A stretch of DNA of 64,000 nucleotides from Eledone cirrhosa (lineage: Eukaryota): the NCBI GenBank assembly GCA_964016885.1, contig OZ024766.1:1984001-2048000 (forward strand), read 5' to 3'. The first letter of the stretch is position 1, and each line of letters begins with the position of its first letter. This document shows, one piece after another, positions 14,861 to 28,123 of the stretch. The notes under the pieces are model-generated. The model worked only from the letters and a program-made list of their open reading frames with translations, had not been told where the DNA came from and did not search any database. Position numbers and translations under genes: made by a program.

Positions 14861-14998
14861 CTGGTGGTGTTGTTGTGTGTGGAGAGGAGACAGAGGTGGG
14901 GAATGGAAGAGAGAGAGAGAGAGAGAGAGAGCTGGTGGTGTTGTTGTGTGTGGAGAGGAGACAGAGGTGGGGAATGGAAGAGAGAGACAGAGGTGGGG

Positions 14999-15036
<38 letters not shown>

Positions 15037-15201
15037 GGTGGTGTTGTTGTGTGTGGAGAGGAGACAGAGGTGGGGAATGGAAGAGAGAGAGAGAGAAAGA
15101 GCTGGTGGTGTTGTTGTGTGTGGAGAGGAGACAGAGGTGGGGAATGGAAGAGAGAGAGAGCTGGTGGTGTTGTTGTGTGTGGAGAGGAGACAGAGGTGGG
15201 G

Positions 15202-15233
<32 letters not shown>

Positions 15234-18200
15234 CTGGTGTTGTTGTTGTGTGTGGAGAGGAGACAGAGGTGGGGAATGGAAGAGAGAGAGAGAGAGAGAG
15301 AGAGCTGGTGGTGTTGTTGTGTGTGGAGAGGAGACAGAGGTGGGGAATGGAAGAGAGAGACAGAGGTGGGGAATGGAAGAGAGAGAGAGAGAGAGAGAGC
15401 TGGTGGTGTTGTTGTGTGTGGAGAGGAGACAGAGGTGGGGAATGGAAGAGAGAGAGAGAGAGAGAGAGCTGGTGGTGTTGTTGTGTGTGGAGAGGAGACA
15501 GAGGTGGGGAATGGAAGAGAGAGAGAGAGAGCTGGTGGTGTTGTTGTGTGTGGAGAGGAGACAGAGGTGGGGAATGGAAGAGAGAGAGAGAGAGAGAGAG
15601 CTGGTGGTGTTGTTGTGTGTGGAGAGGAGACAGAGGTGGGGAATGGAAGAGAGAGAGAGAGAGAGCTGGTGGTGTTGTTGTGTGTGGAGAGGAGACAGAG
15701 GTGGGGAATGGAAGAGAGAGAGAGAGAGAGAGCTGGTGGTGTTGTTGTGTGTGGAGAGGAGACAGAGGTGGGGAATGGAAGAGAGAGAGAGAGAGAGAGA
15801 GAGCTGGTGGTGTTGTTGTGTGTGGAGAGGAGACAGAGGTGGGGAATGGAAGAGAGAGAGAGAGAGAGAGCTGGTGGTGTTGTTGTGTGTATATATCACA
15901 GAAAAAAGGGAATCAGAGATGTAGAGAGAGTGGTTGTGAGAGACAGAGGGAGAGAGAGACAGAGGTGGGGGAATGGAAGAGAGAGAGAGAGAGCTGGTGG
16001 TGTTGTTGTGTGTGTATATATCACAGAAAAAAGGGAATCAGAGATGAAGAGAGAGTGGTTGTGAGAGACAGAGGTGGGGGAATGGAAGAGAGAGAGAGAG
16101 AGAGAGAGCTGGTGGTGTTGTTGTGTGTGGAGAGGAGACAGAGGTGGGGAATGGAAGAGAGAGACAGAGGTGGGGAATGGAAGAGAGAGAGAGAGAGAGA
16201 GAGAGCTGGTGGTGTTGTTGTGTGTATATATCACAGAAAAAAAGGGGAATCAGTGTTGTTGATGTTGTCACAGTCTCTGTTGAAGCTTGGCTGTTGTTGT
16301 CAATTGCAGACGAAGCCCCTGAAGCTACTAAAACAGGAGAAAGAGGACCTCGGAGTGCAGCTGTACGGTGTGCAGCAGGAGCTGGCCAGTAAACAGATGC
16401 AGCTGGAGGAGCAACAGGATAAGTGCACCATGGCTAAAGAGGTGCGCAGGCAGGAAGAGGCCAACCTGAAGCAGGCAAAGCGGACCTGTGTAGGGGTGCA
16501 GAATGAACTGAACCAGAACAGGAAGCACGGTGAGTGGTGGGGGCTGGGGCGGGGTGTACAGTGGTGGGGGCTGGGGAGGGATGTACAGTGGGGCGGGGTG
16601 TACAGTGGTGGGGGCTGGGGCGGGGTGTACAGTGGTGGGGGGGGGGGGGGGGTGTACAGTGGTAGTGGTGGGGTGTACAGTGGTGGGGGTGGGGGCGGGG
16701 TGTACAGTGGTGGGGGTGGTTGGGTGGGGTGTACAGTGGTGGGGGTAGTTGGGGTGGGGTGTACAGTGGTGGGGGTGGGGGCGGGGTGTACAGTGGTGGG
16801 GTGGGGCGGGGTGTACAGTAGTGGTGGTGGGGACGGGGTGTACAGTGGTGGGGTGGTGGGGACGGGGTGTACAGTGGTGGGGGTGGGGCAGGGTGTACAG
16901 TAGTGGTGGTGGGGACGGGGTGTACAGTGGTGGGGTGGTGGGGACGGGGTGTACAGTGGTGGGGGTGGGGCAGGGTGTACAGTAGTGGTGGTGGGGACGA
17001 GGTGTACAGTGGTGGGGTGGTGGGGACGAGGTGTACAGTGGTGGGGTGGTGGGGACGGGGTGTACAGTGGTGGGGGTGGGGCGGGGTGTACAGTGGTAGT
17101 GGTGGGGGAGGGGTGTACAGTGGTGGGGGTGAGGTGTACAGTGGTAGGGACGGGGTGTACAGTGGTGGGGGTGAGGTGTACAGTGGTAGTGGTGGGGTGT
17201 ACAGTGGTAGGGGTGGGGTGTACAGTGGTGGGGGTGGTAGTGGTGGGGTGTACAGTGGTGGGGGTGGTAGTGGTGGGGTGTACAGTGGTAGTAGTAGTGG
17301 TGGTAGTACTAAATCTAACACATTTGTGTTGTATATATATTATTGTCTAGAATAAGGACAGGGTGGAAGAAGTTTAGGGAGCTGCTTCCTCTGTTGACAA
17401 AGAAGGGTTTCTCCCTGCGTACGAAGGGCCGGCTGTGTGATGCCCGTGCGAGGAGCGCGATGCTGCACGGTAGTGAGACATGGGCAGCAACTGCAGAGGA
17501 TATGCGACGGCTGGAGAGAAATGAGGCAAGCATGCCCCGTTTGGTCTTTTGCCGTCCCCTCGGTCCAGCCCCACCGTCTCGAGTGGGATGGGGAAGCCTG
17601 CAGCATCTAAGCCATGCTCTATGACCTCGTTGAGGGCAGCCGGCTCACTGTAGAGACAGGAAAGTGGGTGGAGGCCACGTTGTGTGACCTTATACCAGCC
17701 AGCAGCCTGAGCCACTATGCTATATTATATTATATGGTCGTGTGACCCTATTGCAGCCTCGAGCCTGAGACAAGATGTTGATAATATGGAGATACACAGG
17801 TTCTACCTGAAAAACTCAATGGATGAAGTTGGTGGCGACATAAAGCTTCTGATGAGGGCCCTAGAGAAAACTGCAACTGATATAGCAACGGCGGAGACAG
17901 ATCAGAAAAAACAGGTGAGTTCTACACTACACTACACTACACTACGCTACACTACACCACACTACACTACACTACACTACACCACACCACACCACACCAC
18001 ACCACACTACACTACACTACACTACACTACACCACACCACACTACACCACACCACACCACACCACACTACACTACACTACACCACACCACACCACACCAC
18101 ACCACACCACACCACACCACACCACACCACACCACACCACACTACACTACACTACATACACCACACCACACCACACCACACTACACACCACCACACTACA

Positions 18201-21200
18201 CACCACACCACACCACACTACACACCACCACACCGCACCACTACGCCACACCACACCACACCACACTACACACCACACCACACCACACTACACACCACCA
18301 CACCACACCACTACGCCACACCACACCACACTACACTACACCACACTACACTACACCACACTACACCGCACCGCACCGCACCGCACCGCACCGCACCGCA
18401 CCGCACCACACCACACCACACCACACCACACCACACCACACCACACCACACCACCACTACGCCACACCACACCACACTACACCACACTACACTACACCAC
18501 ACCGCACCGCACCGCACCGCACCGCACCGCACCGCACCGCACCGCACCGCACCGCACCGCACCGCACCGCACCGCACCGCACCGCACCGCACCGCACCGC
18601 ACCGCACCGCACCGCACCGCACCGCACCGCACCGCACCGCACCGCACCGCACCGCACCGCACCGCACCGCACCGCACCGCACCGCACCGCACCGCACCGC
18701 ACCACTACGCCACACCACACCAGACAGTCATCGGTCATATTATTTTCGTTCTAGGACTACTTTGTTGACCGTCTGGTGAAACGAACACACAAACTGCGGA
18801 ACGACATCGCGATGTACGACGCCCAGTATAAACTACAGTCGGATGAAACAAAGAACATCCGGACCATTCTCCATGATGCTGAAATACAACTGTCGGTACG
18901 TATGTGGGGTCACCGGCGTCATTTAGTATCTATTTTTCTGTATATAAGAGGGATAGGCAATGACTTTCATTAGAAATATGGTATCAAAGGTTTAAAGTTT
19001 TTATATTTACCGACAAACCTTTGTTAAGTTATGTTCTATGTATGGTAATGAAATAGCGAAAACAGCTGTGGACATGTCCTAACTGAGTGTCTGTCTGTCT
19101 GTCTCTTTGTTAGTTGATTAACCAAGAAAAAGATCGAATCTACCACAACTGGTGCAACAGTATCTATGGAATGAGGAAGAGAGATGAGGCTTATTCTGCG
19201 GCATTAGACGCTGTCAAGTAAGTATTGTGGTATGTGTGGTATGCTGGGTGCTTTTTTCTGTGTCCTTCACATGTCTACTTTACAGTGTGGGCTGAGTGCT
19301 TTTTTCTGTGTCCTTTACATGTCCACTTTACAGTGTGGGCTGGGTGCTTTTTTCTGTGTCCTTTACATGTCCACTTTACAGTGTGGGCTGGGTGCTTTTT
19401 TCTGTGTCCTTCACATGTCTACTTTACAGTGTGGGCTGGGTGCTTTTTTCTGTGTCCTTCACATGTCTACTTTACAGTGTGGGCTGGGTGCTTTTTTCTG
19501 TGTCCTTCACATGTCTACTTTACAGTGTGGGCTGGGTGCTTTTTTTCTGTGTCCTTTACATGTCCACTTTATATATATATGTATAGTTATGGTAACCATA
19601 TATATCATCATCATCATCATCATCATCGTTTAACGTCCATCTTCCACGCTTGCATGGGTTTGGACGGGAGTTTTCCCACTTGAGGCAAGAGTGGTTGTCT
19701 GGCGGGTTTTCTACGGCTGGATGCCCTTCCTAACAGCAACCACGTTTACAGTGTGGACTGGGAGGTTTTGACCGTGTTACCTACACGACCACATTACAGC
19801 GTGGACCATATATATATATATATACACTATATATGATGTTGTCCAAGGGAAAGGCAATGTTTGATACAGCTTGGCACCAGTGACATGACAACTTATTTCT
19901 ACAGCTGAGTAAACTGGAGCAATGTGAAATAAAGTGTCTTGCTCAAGGAAACAACACATCACCCGGTCTGAGAATTGAACTCACAACCTTTCGATTGCAA
20001 GCCCAATGCTCTAACCACTAAGCCATGTGCCTTCATAACACTAACACCCAACCATTCTTCCCTTTGTAGGCAGCTCCAGGAGCAAATGATGTTTATTAAA
20101 CGTGACATAAATGGGTACAAGAAGTCCACTACGGAAGTCCAGCAGGAGAACGAGAAGCTGACACAAACACACAAGAGAAGCCAGCATGATGTGGATGTGA
20201 TTAAGGAACAACTCACTAAGACTGTACAAATGTATGAAGACCTGAAGATGCAGTATGGAAAATATACGAGATTGCTGAAGGAAACTGAAGAGATACTGAT
20301 GACAACAAACGCTGTGAGTTGTTATTGTTGTTGTTGGTGGTGGTGCTGGTGCTGGTGGTGGTGGTGGTGGTGTGGTGGTGCAGTGTTACTGTTATTGGTG
20401 TGGTGGTGGTGTTACTGCTTATTCCAAAGATTCACCACAACTTCTTTCCATAACATGGAACTGGGAAATTATAACACATAACCCTATCAGTGAAGCCCTT
20501 TAGTATAGGCCAACTGGGAAACTATAACATACATAACCTTATCAGTGAAGCCCTTTAGTATAGGTCAACTGGGAAACTATAACATATATAACCACATCAG
20601 TGAAGCCCTTTAGTATAGGTCAACTGGGAAACTATAACATATATAACCCTATCAGTGAAGCCCTTTAGTATAGGTCAACTGGGAAACTATAACATATATA
20701 ACCCTATCAGTGAAGCCCTATACGAGCCTGACAGTCCTATACGAGCAAGACAACCATTCTTGCCTCAAGTGGGACAACTCCCGTCCAGACCCATGCTAGC
20801 GTGGAAAATGGACGTTAAACGAAGATGATTTCAGAGCACCAATCCTAATATATATATCATTTCGTCATTTTCGTTTTTTTTACGTCCGCTTTTCCCTGCT
20901 TGCAAGGGTGGGACGGGAACTGATGCTGGCTTGATTTCTACAGCTGGATGCCCTTCCTAACACCAACCTCATTTACAGTGAGTGCTGGGTGCTTTCTTGC
21001 CATGGCACCTCCACGACCACTTTACAGTGGAATGATAGGGACCCCAGTCCCTATCATCTCATTGCTACAGCTGAGTAAACTGGAGCAAGGTGAAATAAAG
21101 TGTCTTGTTCAAGGAAACAACACATCACCCGGTCTGAGAAAATTGAACTCACAACCTTTCGATTGCAAGCCCAATGCTCTAACCACTAAGCCATGTGCCT

Positions 21201-21478
21201 CCATATATAGATATATATATTTTTTTATCTGCAGAATAAAAACGGTATGGAAGACACTCTGAAGAAAATGAGGAAGGATTTTGAGAAAAAGGTGAATGAA
21301 ATGAGATCATTGGAAAGTGAAATCATGGACAAGATCAATAACCAATTAGTAATGAAAAAGTCTGCGAAATATATCGGCAAGTTAACCTCAAAGAATGAGG
21401 TCATCACTGAACATTTGGTGAGTTGTTGGCAGTTGGGGGGTCAGTCGGTTCTCACATACTCACATATAAGTGTATATA

Positions 21479-21511
<33 letters not shown>

Positions 21512-21570
21512 GTGTATATATGTGTGTATATATGTATATATATATATATATATATGGGTGTGTGTGTATA

Positions 21571-21603
<33 letters not shown>

Positions 21604-21608
21604 GTGTA

Positions 21609-21655
<47 letters not shown>

Positions 21656-21656
21656 T

Positions 21657-21690
<34 letters not shown>

Positions 21691-21714
21691 CATACATATA
21701 TATATATATACACT

Positions 21715-21748
<34 letters not shown>

Positions 21749-23119
21749 CACTTATATATATATATATATATATATATACACTTACACTTACATATATATA
21801 TATACACTTACATATATATATACATATATATATATATATACACATATATATATATATACACATATATATATATATACACTTATATATATATACACACACA
21901 CATATATATATATATATACACTTACACATATATATATATACACACACGTATATATATATATACACACACATATATATATATATACACTTACATATATATA
22001 TATATACACACACACACATATATATATATATACACTTACACATATATATATATATACACACACATATATATATATATACACACACATATATATATATATA
22101 TACACACACATATATATATATATATACACACACATATATATATATATATACACTTACATATATATACATCTATTCTACGGGTGTTTCATTATTCTTTTCC
22201 ACTCCATGTCCAGCTTTCCACAAGGACATCATTGGAGAACGATTACTCCCACATCTTACTGGAGATGACGTCAATGAAGTCAGAGAAGAAGCACTTTGAT
22301 ATAGTTCTGGCTGAGTACGAGGTGGACATAGCCAGCAAGAACAAAGTGGTTGACACATGTGAGGCCGGGATTGTCAACCGAAGGAAACTGGTCAACAGAA
22401 AACAGAATATTACGGACTCCTGTCAGAAGAAGCTGGATCAACTTATTAACAGGGCTGGGGTGAGTAGGCAGATATTTGGGTTTTCATCATCATCATCATC
22501 ATCATCATCATTGTTACGCCTGCTTTTTCCCTGCTTGCAAGGGTGGGACGGGAACTGGTTCTGGCTTGATCTCTACAGCTGGATGCCCTTCCTAACACCA
22601 ACCTCATTTACAGTGAGTGCTGGGTGCTTTTTTGCTGTGGCACCTCCACGACCACTTTACAGTGAGTGCTGGGTGCTTTTTTGCCGTGGCACCTCCACGA
22701 CCACTTTACAGTGAGTGCTGGGTGCTTTTTTGCTGTGGCACCTCCGTGAGTGCTGGGTGCTTTTTTTGCTGTGGCACCTCCACGACCACTTTACAGTGAG
22801 TGCTGGGTGCTTTTTTGCTGTGGCACCTCCGTGAGTGCTGGGTGCTTTTTTGCTGTGGCACCTCCACGACCACTTTACAGTGAGTTTTGGGTGCTTTTTT
22901 GCTGTGGCACCTCCACAACCACTTTGCAGTGGAATGATAGGGACCCCAGTCCCTATAATCTCATTTCTACAGCTGAGTAAACTGGAGCAACGTTAAATAA
23001 AGTGTCTTGCTCAAGGAAACAACACATCACCAGGTCTGAGAATTGAACTCACAACCTTTCGAATATAGTTTCCATTTATTAATATATTGTATATATAGCA
23101 GAATGACCCGGCGTTGCTC

Positions 23120-23160
<41 letters not shown>

Positions 23161-26100
23161 TAGCAGAATGACCCGGCGTTGCTCGGGATATATATATATA
23201 TATCAGTCTCTGTCTCCATTAAAAAAACCTTCCTTCTTTCCTTCCTCTTTTACAGGGTATTGAACTCGGCCCCATGGATTCAACGATCCGATCACTGCAG
23301 AAGTCAATCAACGAGGTGGATGAAGAGGTGACCAGCATGCAACAGCGGTGGCTCCAGAAGCAGAAGTGCCTGGTGGACCTTCTGAAGGACAGACAGGACC
23401 AGCTGGTCAAGATGGACATGTCGAAGAAGGAGTTTATTATATACACACAGAAGAAGATACGGACTGACCGTGAGTGTCCTGAAGAGGGTCAAGCAGGGGG
23501 CTGAGGGGTGAGGGGGGTTGTCGTGAATGTATTACAGTGTAAGTGGCTGAGTATTCCACAGACACGTGCAGTACACTTAACGTAGATTTCAGGGAGATTC
23601 AGCATGGCATAGTGTGTATGAAAGGCTGGCCCTTTGAATTACAGGTACAGTCCGTCTTGTATTATAGTGTTAAATGGCTGTACGGACTGACCGTGAGTGT
23701 TCTGAAGATGGTGAAGCGTGGGTGGGTGGGTGGGGGTCGTCATGAAGGGTATGGTGGTGGGGAGGAGGTGCAGGTGGACCTTCTGAAGGTGAGGCAAGAC
23801 CAACGGGGCAAAGTCGCTGCGGCTCCACCGTGGACTCGTTTGAGCCACCACCCACTTCCCCTGTCGCCACAGTGCCGGCCACCTTCCACACCACTCTGCC
23901 CTCAACGAGGTCATAAAGCATGGCTTGGATGCTGCAGACTTCTTCCCCCCTCCCTGCTCGAGCTGGTGGGGCTGGACCGAGGGGACGGCCAGAGAGTGTG
24001 ACCGTCTTCCCGTTCCGCGGTGGAAAACCCCTCGTCTGGGGTGCCACTTGCACCGACACTTTCTGCAGCCGCAACCTGGTGCAGTCTGTGACTAACCCAG
24101 GCTCTGCTGCACTTTGGGCTGAGGAGGGTAAACTCCACCATCACCACCGCCACCACCACCACTACCGCCACCACACCACCACTACCGCCACCACACCACC
24201 ACACCACTACCACCACACCATTACCACCACACCACCACCGCCACCACACCACCACCACTACCACCACCACACCACCACACCACTACCACCACACCACCAC
24301 CGCCACCACACCACCACCACCACCGCCGCAACTGTAATACAACCTCCCTCTATATATCTATCTTTTTACAGAGAAAATTAATAAACAAAACTGCATTGCG
24401 GCTGATTTAAGCCGCAGTATCAAACATTGCTTGAACAACGTGATCAAACTGAACGATTTGATCCAGAAGGAGTTGAACCTGGTGGGGCTTACGGACCACA
24501 ACGTCATGCTTATTGAAAAGGACTTCATTATTACGTTGAAGGTATTTATTTTCTAGTTCTTCTATTAGTGGTTTGCTTTAACCCTTTAGCATTTAATCCG
24601 CCTGCATCCGGCCAGAATTCTCTCGCCTCTTTCTGTTCAAACTGGCTGTAACTGGTTATAACCGGAAGTGTTGACATTTGAAAATTTTAAAGATGTGAAT
24701 CTTTAAATAAACAATAAAATATATTTAATCAACAGCCATGAAATTTAGTAGATAAATTCTGTAATATTCATTCATTATTTATTCAAGGTTGACTTTGCCT
24801 TTCATCCTTACAGGGTCGATAGAATAAAGTACCAGTAATGCACTGGGTAATTGCTGGCCTTGTGCCTAAAGTAGAAACAATTATTTATTCAAAGATGGTG
24901 GTGGATTGGCAGTATCGGTAGAGGGTCGGACGCCATGCTTTGATGCATAGAGTTACGGCCCTTGCCATTCAGAGTTCAAATCCCGCCGAGGTTAACTTTG
25001 CCTTTCATCCATACGGGGTCAATAAAATAAAATACCAGTAATGTACTGGGTAATTGCTGGCCTTGTGCCAAAAGTAGAAACAATTATTTATTCAAAGTAA
25101 TCCAATTTATTTTACTAACGAGATAAAAAACTATATTCTGGACTCAGTCCTGCAGTCCTGCACTCCTTACTTTATTGTAGTTCAGATATTTAGAGAGGAA
25201 AGTTCATATTTTTGTCCAAAGTTTTCTTTCGTTCTCTGTTGACCAACAGAGGTGTGGTAGCAACACTGCTGCCACCTCTGTTGGTCAACAGAGGTGGTAG
25301 CAACACTGCTACCACCTCTGTTGGTCAACAGAGGTGGTAGCAACACTGCTACCACCTCTGTTGGTCAACAGAGGTGTGGTAGCAACACTGCGACCACACC
25401 TCTGTTGACCAACAGAGGTGGCAGCAACACTGCGACCACACCTCTGTTGACCAACAGAGGTGGTAGCAACACTGCTGCCACCTCTGTTGGTCAACAGAGG
25501 TGGTAGCAACACTGCTACCACCTCTGTTGGTCAACAGAGGTGTGGTAGCAACACTGCGACCACACCTCTGTTGACCAACAGAGGTTTGTAGTAACACTGC
25601 TACCACACCTCTGTTGACCAACAGAGGTGTGGTAGCAACACTGCTGCCACCTCTGTTGGTCAACAGAGGTGTGGTAGCAGTGTTGCTACGACCTCTGTTG
25701 ACCAACAGAGGTGGTAGCAGTGTTGCTACCACCTCTGTTGACCAACAGAGGTGGCAGCAGTGTTGCTACCACACCTCTGTTGGTCAACAGAGGTGTGGTA
25801 GCAGTGTTACTACAAACCTCTGTGGGTCAACAGAGGTGGCAGCAGTGTTGCTGCCACCTCTGTTGGTCAACAGAGGTGTGGTAGCAGTGTTGCTACCACC
25901 TCTGTTGGTCAACAGAAAGAAACTGCAATGCGATCAATTCAAAACAGGTATGTTATACATCTAATATTGTATTTTGTCTGAAGAAGGCATTCTATAACTT
26001 AGTACCCCTGAAATATATATAACAAAATAAATTGGGATGTTATAGTGATATTTATTCCATTTATTACTATTATTATCATAATACTCCAGATAGATTTTAT

Positions 26101-28088
26101 CTGTCGAGTGCTTCGTATCTGTTATGAACATAATTCTGTTGATTACATATCAACAACGTCTCTAACTCATTGTTTTATCATCATCATCATCATCATCATC
26201 ATTTTACGTCCGCTTTTTCCCTGCTTGCAAGGGCGGGGCGGGAACTGATTCTGGCTTGATTTCTACAGCTGGATGCCCTTCCTAACACCAACCTCATTTA
26301 CAGTGAGTGCTGGGTGCTTTCTTGCCATGGCACCTCCACGGCCACTTTACAGTGGAATGATAGGGACCCCAGTCCCTATCATCTCATTTCTACAGCTGAG
26401 TAAACTGGAGCAATGTGAAATAAAGTGTCTTGCTCAAGGAAACAACACATCACCCGGTCTGAGAAAATTGAACTCACAACCTTTCGATTGCAAGGCCAAT
26501 GCTCTAACCACTAAGCCATGTGATATATATATATACACACACACTGGTATCTATCTGTCTATGGTAGGGCCAATAATGTTTGATTAGTTCATAATATGGA
26601 GTTGTTTAGCCCCGGGTCAGTCCTGATCAAGTTGACCTGTGATATCATGAAGGATGTTCCAGCTGTGACCATCCTCTCTTATATGTATCTAGGACTACAC
26701 TAACTAATGTGTCCTTCCTTGTTGGTCTATTGGTAACATTGGTTAGTTTCTTCTATCAGGATGAGAAGCTGAACTTGGTGGAGTTGCAGACCAAGCTGGA
26801 GCAATTAAAGGAAGAGAAGGAGGATCTACTGCAGGGCATCGTGGAAACTGAGTGAGTAATTGAATGGAGGTTAATAATCTTGAAATATCTCGTACAGAGC
26901 TGTCTCTGGCAGGTTATGTATGGCTGGATGTCCTTCCTAACACCGACCATATTTACAGTGTGGACTGGGAGCTTTTTTACCGTGTCTCCTACATGACAAC
27001 CTTACAGTGTGGACTGGGAGCTTTTTTACCATGTCTCCTACATGACAACCTTACAGTGTTAACTGGGAGCTTTTTTACCGTGTCTCCTACATGACAACCT
27101 TACAGTGTTAACTGGGAGCTTTTTTACCGTGTCTCCTACATGACAACCTTACAGTGTGGACTGGGAGCTTTTTTACCGTGTCTCCTACATGACAACCTTA
27201 CAGTGTTAACTGGGAGCTTTTTTACCGTGTCTCCTACATGACAACCTTACAGTGTGGACTGGGAGCTTTTTTACCGTGTCTCCTACATGACAACCTTACA
27301 GTGTGGACTGGGAGCTTTTTTACCATGTCTCCTACATGACAACCTTACAGTGTTAACTGGGTGCTTTTTTACCGTGTCTCCTACATGACAACCTTACAGT
27401 GTTAACTGGGAGCTTTTTTACCGTGTCTCCTACATGACAACCTTACAGTGTGGACTGGGAGCTTTTTTACCGTGTCTCCTACATGACAACCTTACAGTGT
27501 TAACTGGGAGCTTTTTTACCGTGTCTCCTACATCACAACCTTACAGTGTTAACTGGGAGCCTTTTTACTGTGTCTCCTACATGACAACCTTACAGTGTGG
27601 ACTGGGAGCTTTTTTACCGTGTCTCCTACATGACAACCTTACAGTGTTAACTGGGAGCTTTTTTACTGTGTCTCCTACATGACAACCTTACAGTGTTAAG
27701 TGGGAGCTTTTTTACTGTGTCTCCTACATGACAACCTTACAGTGTGGACTGGGAGCTTTTTTACTGTGTCTCCTACATGATAACCTTACAGTGTGGACTG
27801 GGGGCTTTTTGTTATGTTTAGCTTCGTTAGTATGGACTGTAAGTAGTATAGGGATAAAAGCTGGAGGGTAGATTAATTTCAAATAGTATCAGTTTTTCTT
27901 TGTTCTGTAAAACCAAAGACTGTAAAACTACTTTATAAAAGCTAACACAATATTGTTAAACCTTCCTATAGATCAAAGGATCTCTAGTTTAACCTGTTTT
28001 GTGGGACGTCTCTCTCTCTGAATATCTAACACTTTAATTGTATCTCTCTCTCTTTCTGCCTCTCCCTCTGTCTCTCTCTCTCTCTAGA

Positions 28089-28123
<35 letters not shown>

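Noticed and set aside
11119-16903. Very long ORFs (400-1100 aa) of ERER/WWCC/SLSL repeats
   Set aside because: Stop-free translations of an intronic minisatellite in all frames; only 16310-16529 is a real exon.
21120-21200. tRNA gene
   Set aside because: A/B boxes belong to SINE heads; no complete cloverleaf or terminator.
24577-24780. piggyBac-like MITE end (TTAACCCTTT)
   Set aside because: No matching second terminus found in the window.
25234-25916. CRISPR-like palindromic repeats
   Set aside because: No unique spacers, no cas genes, eukaryotic intron.
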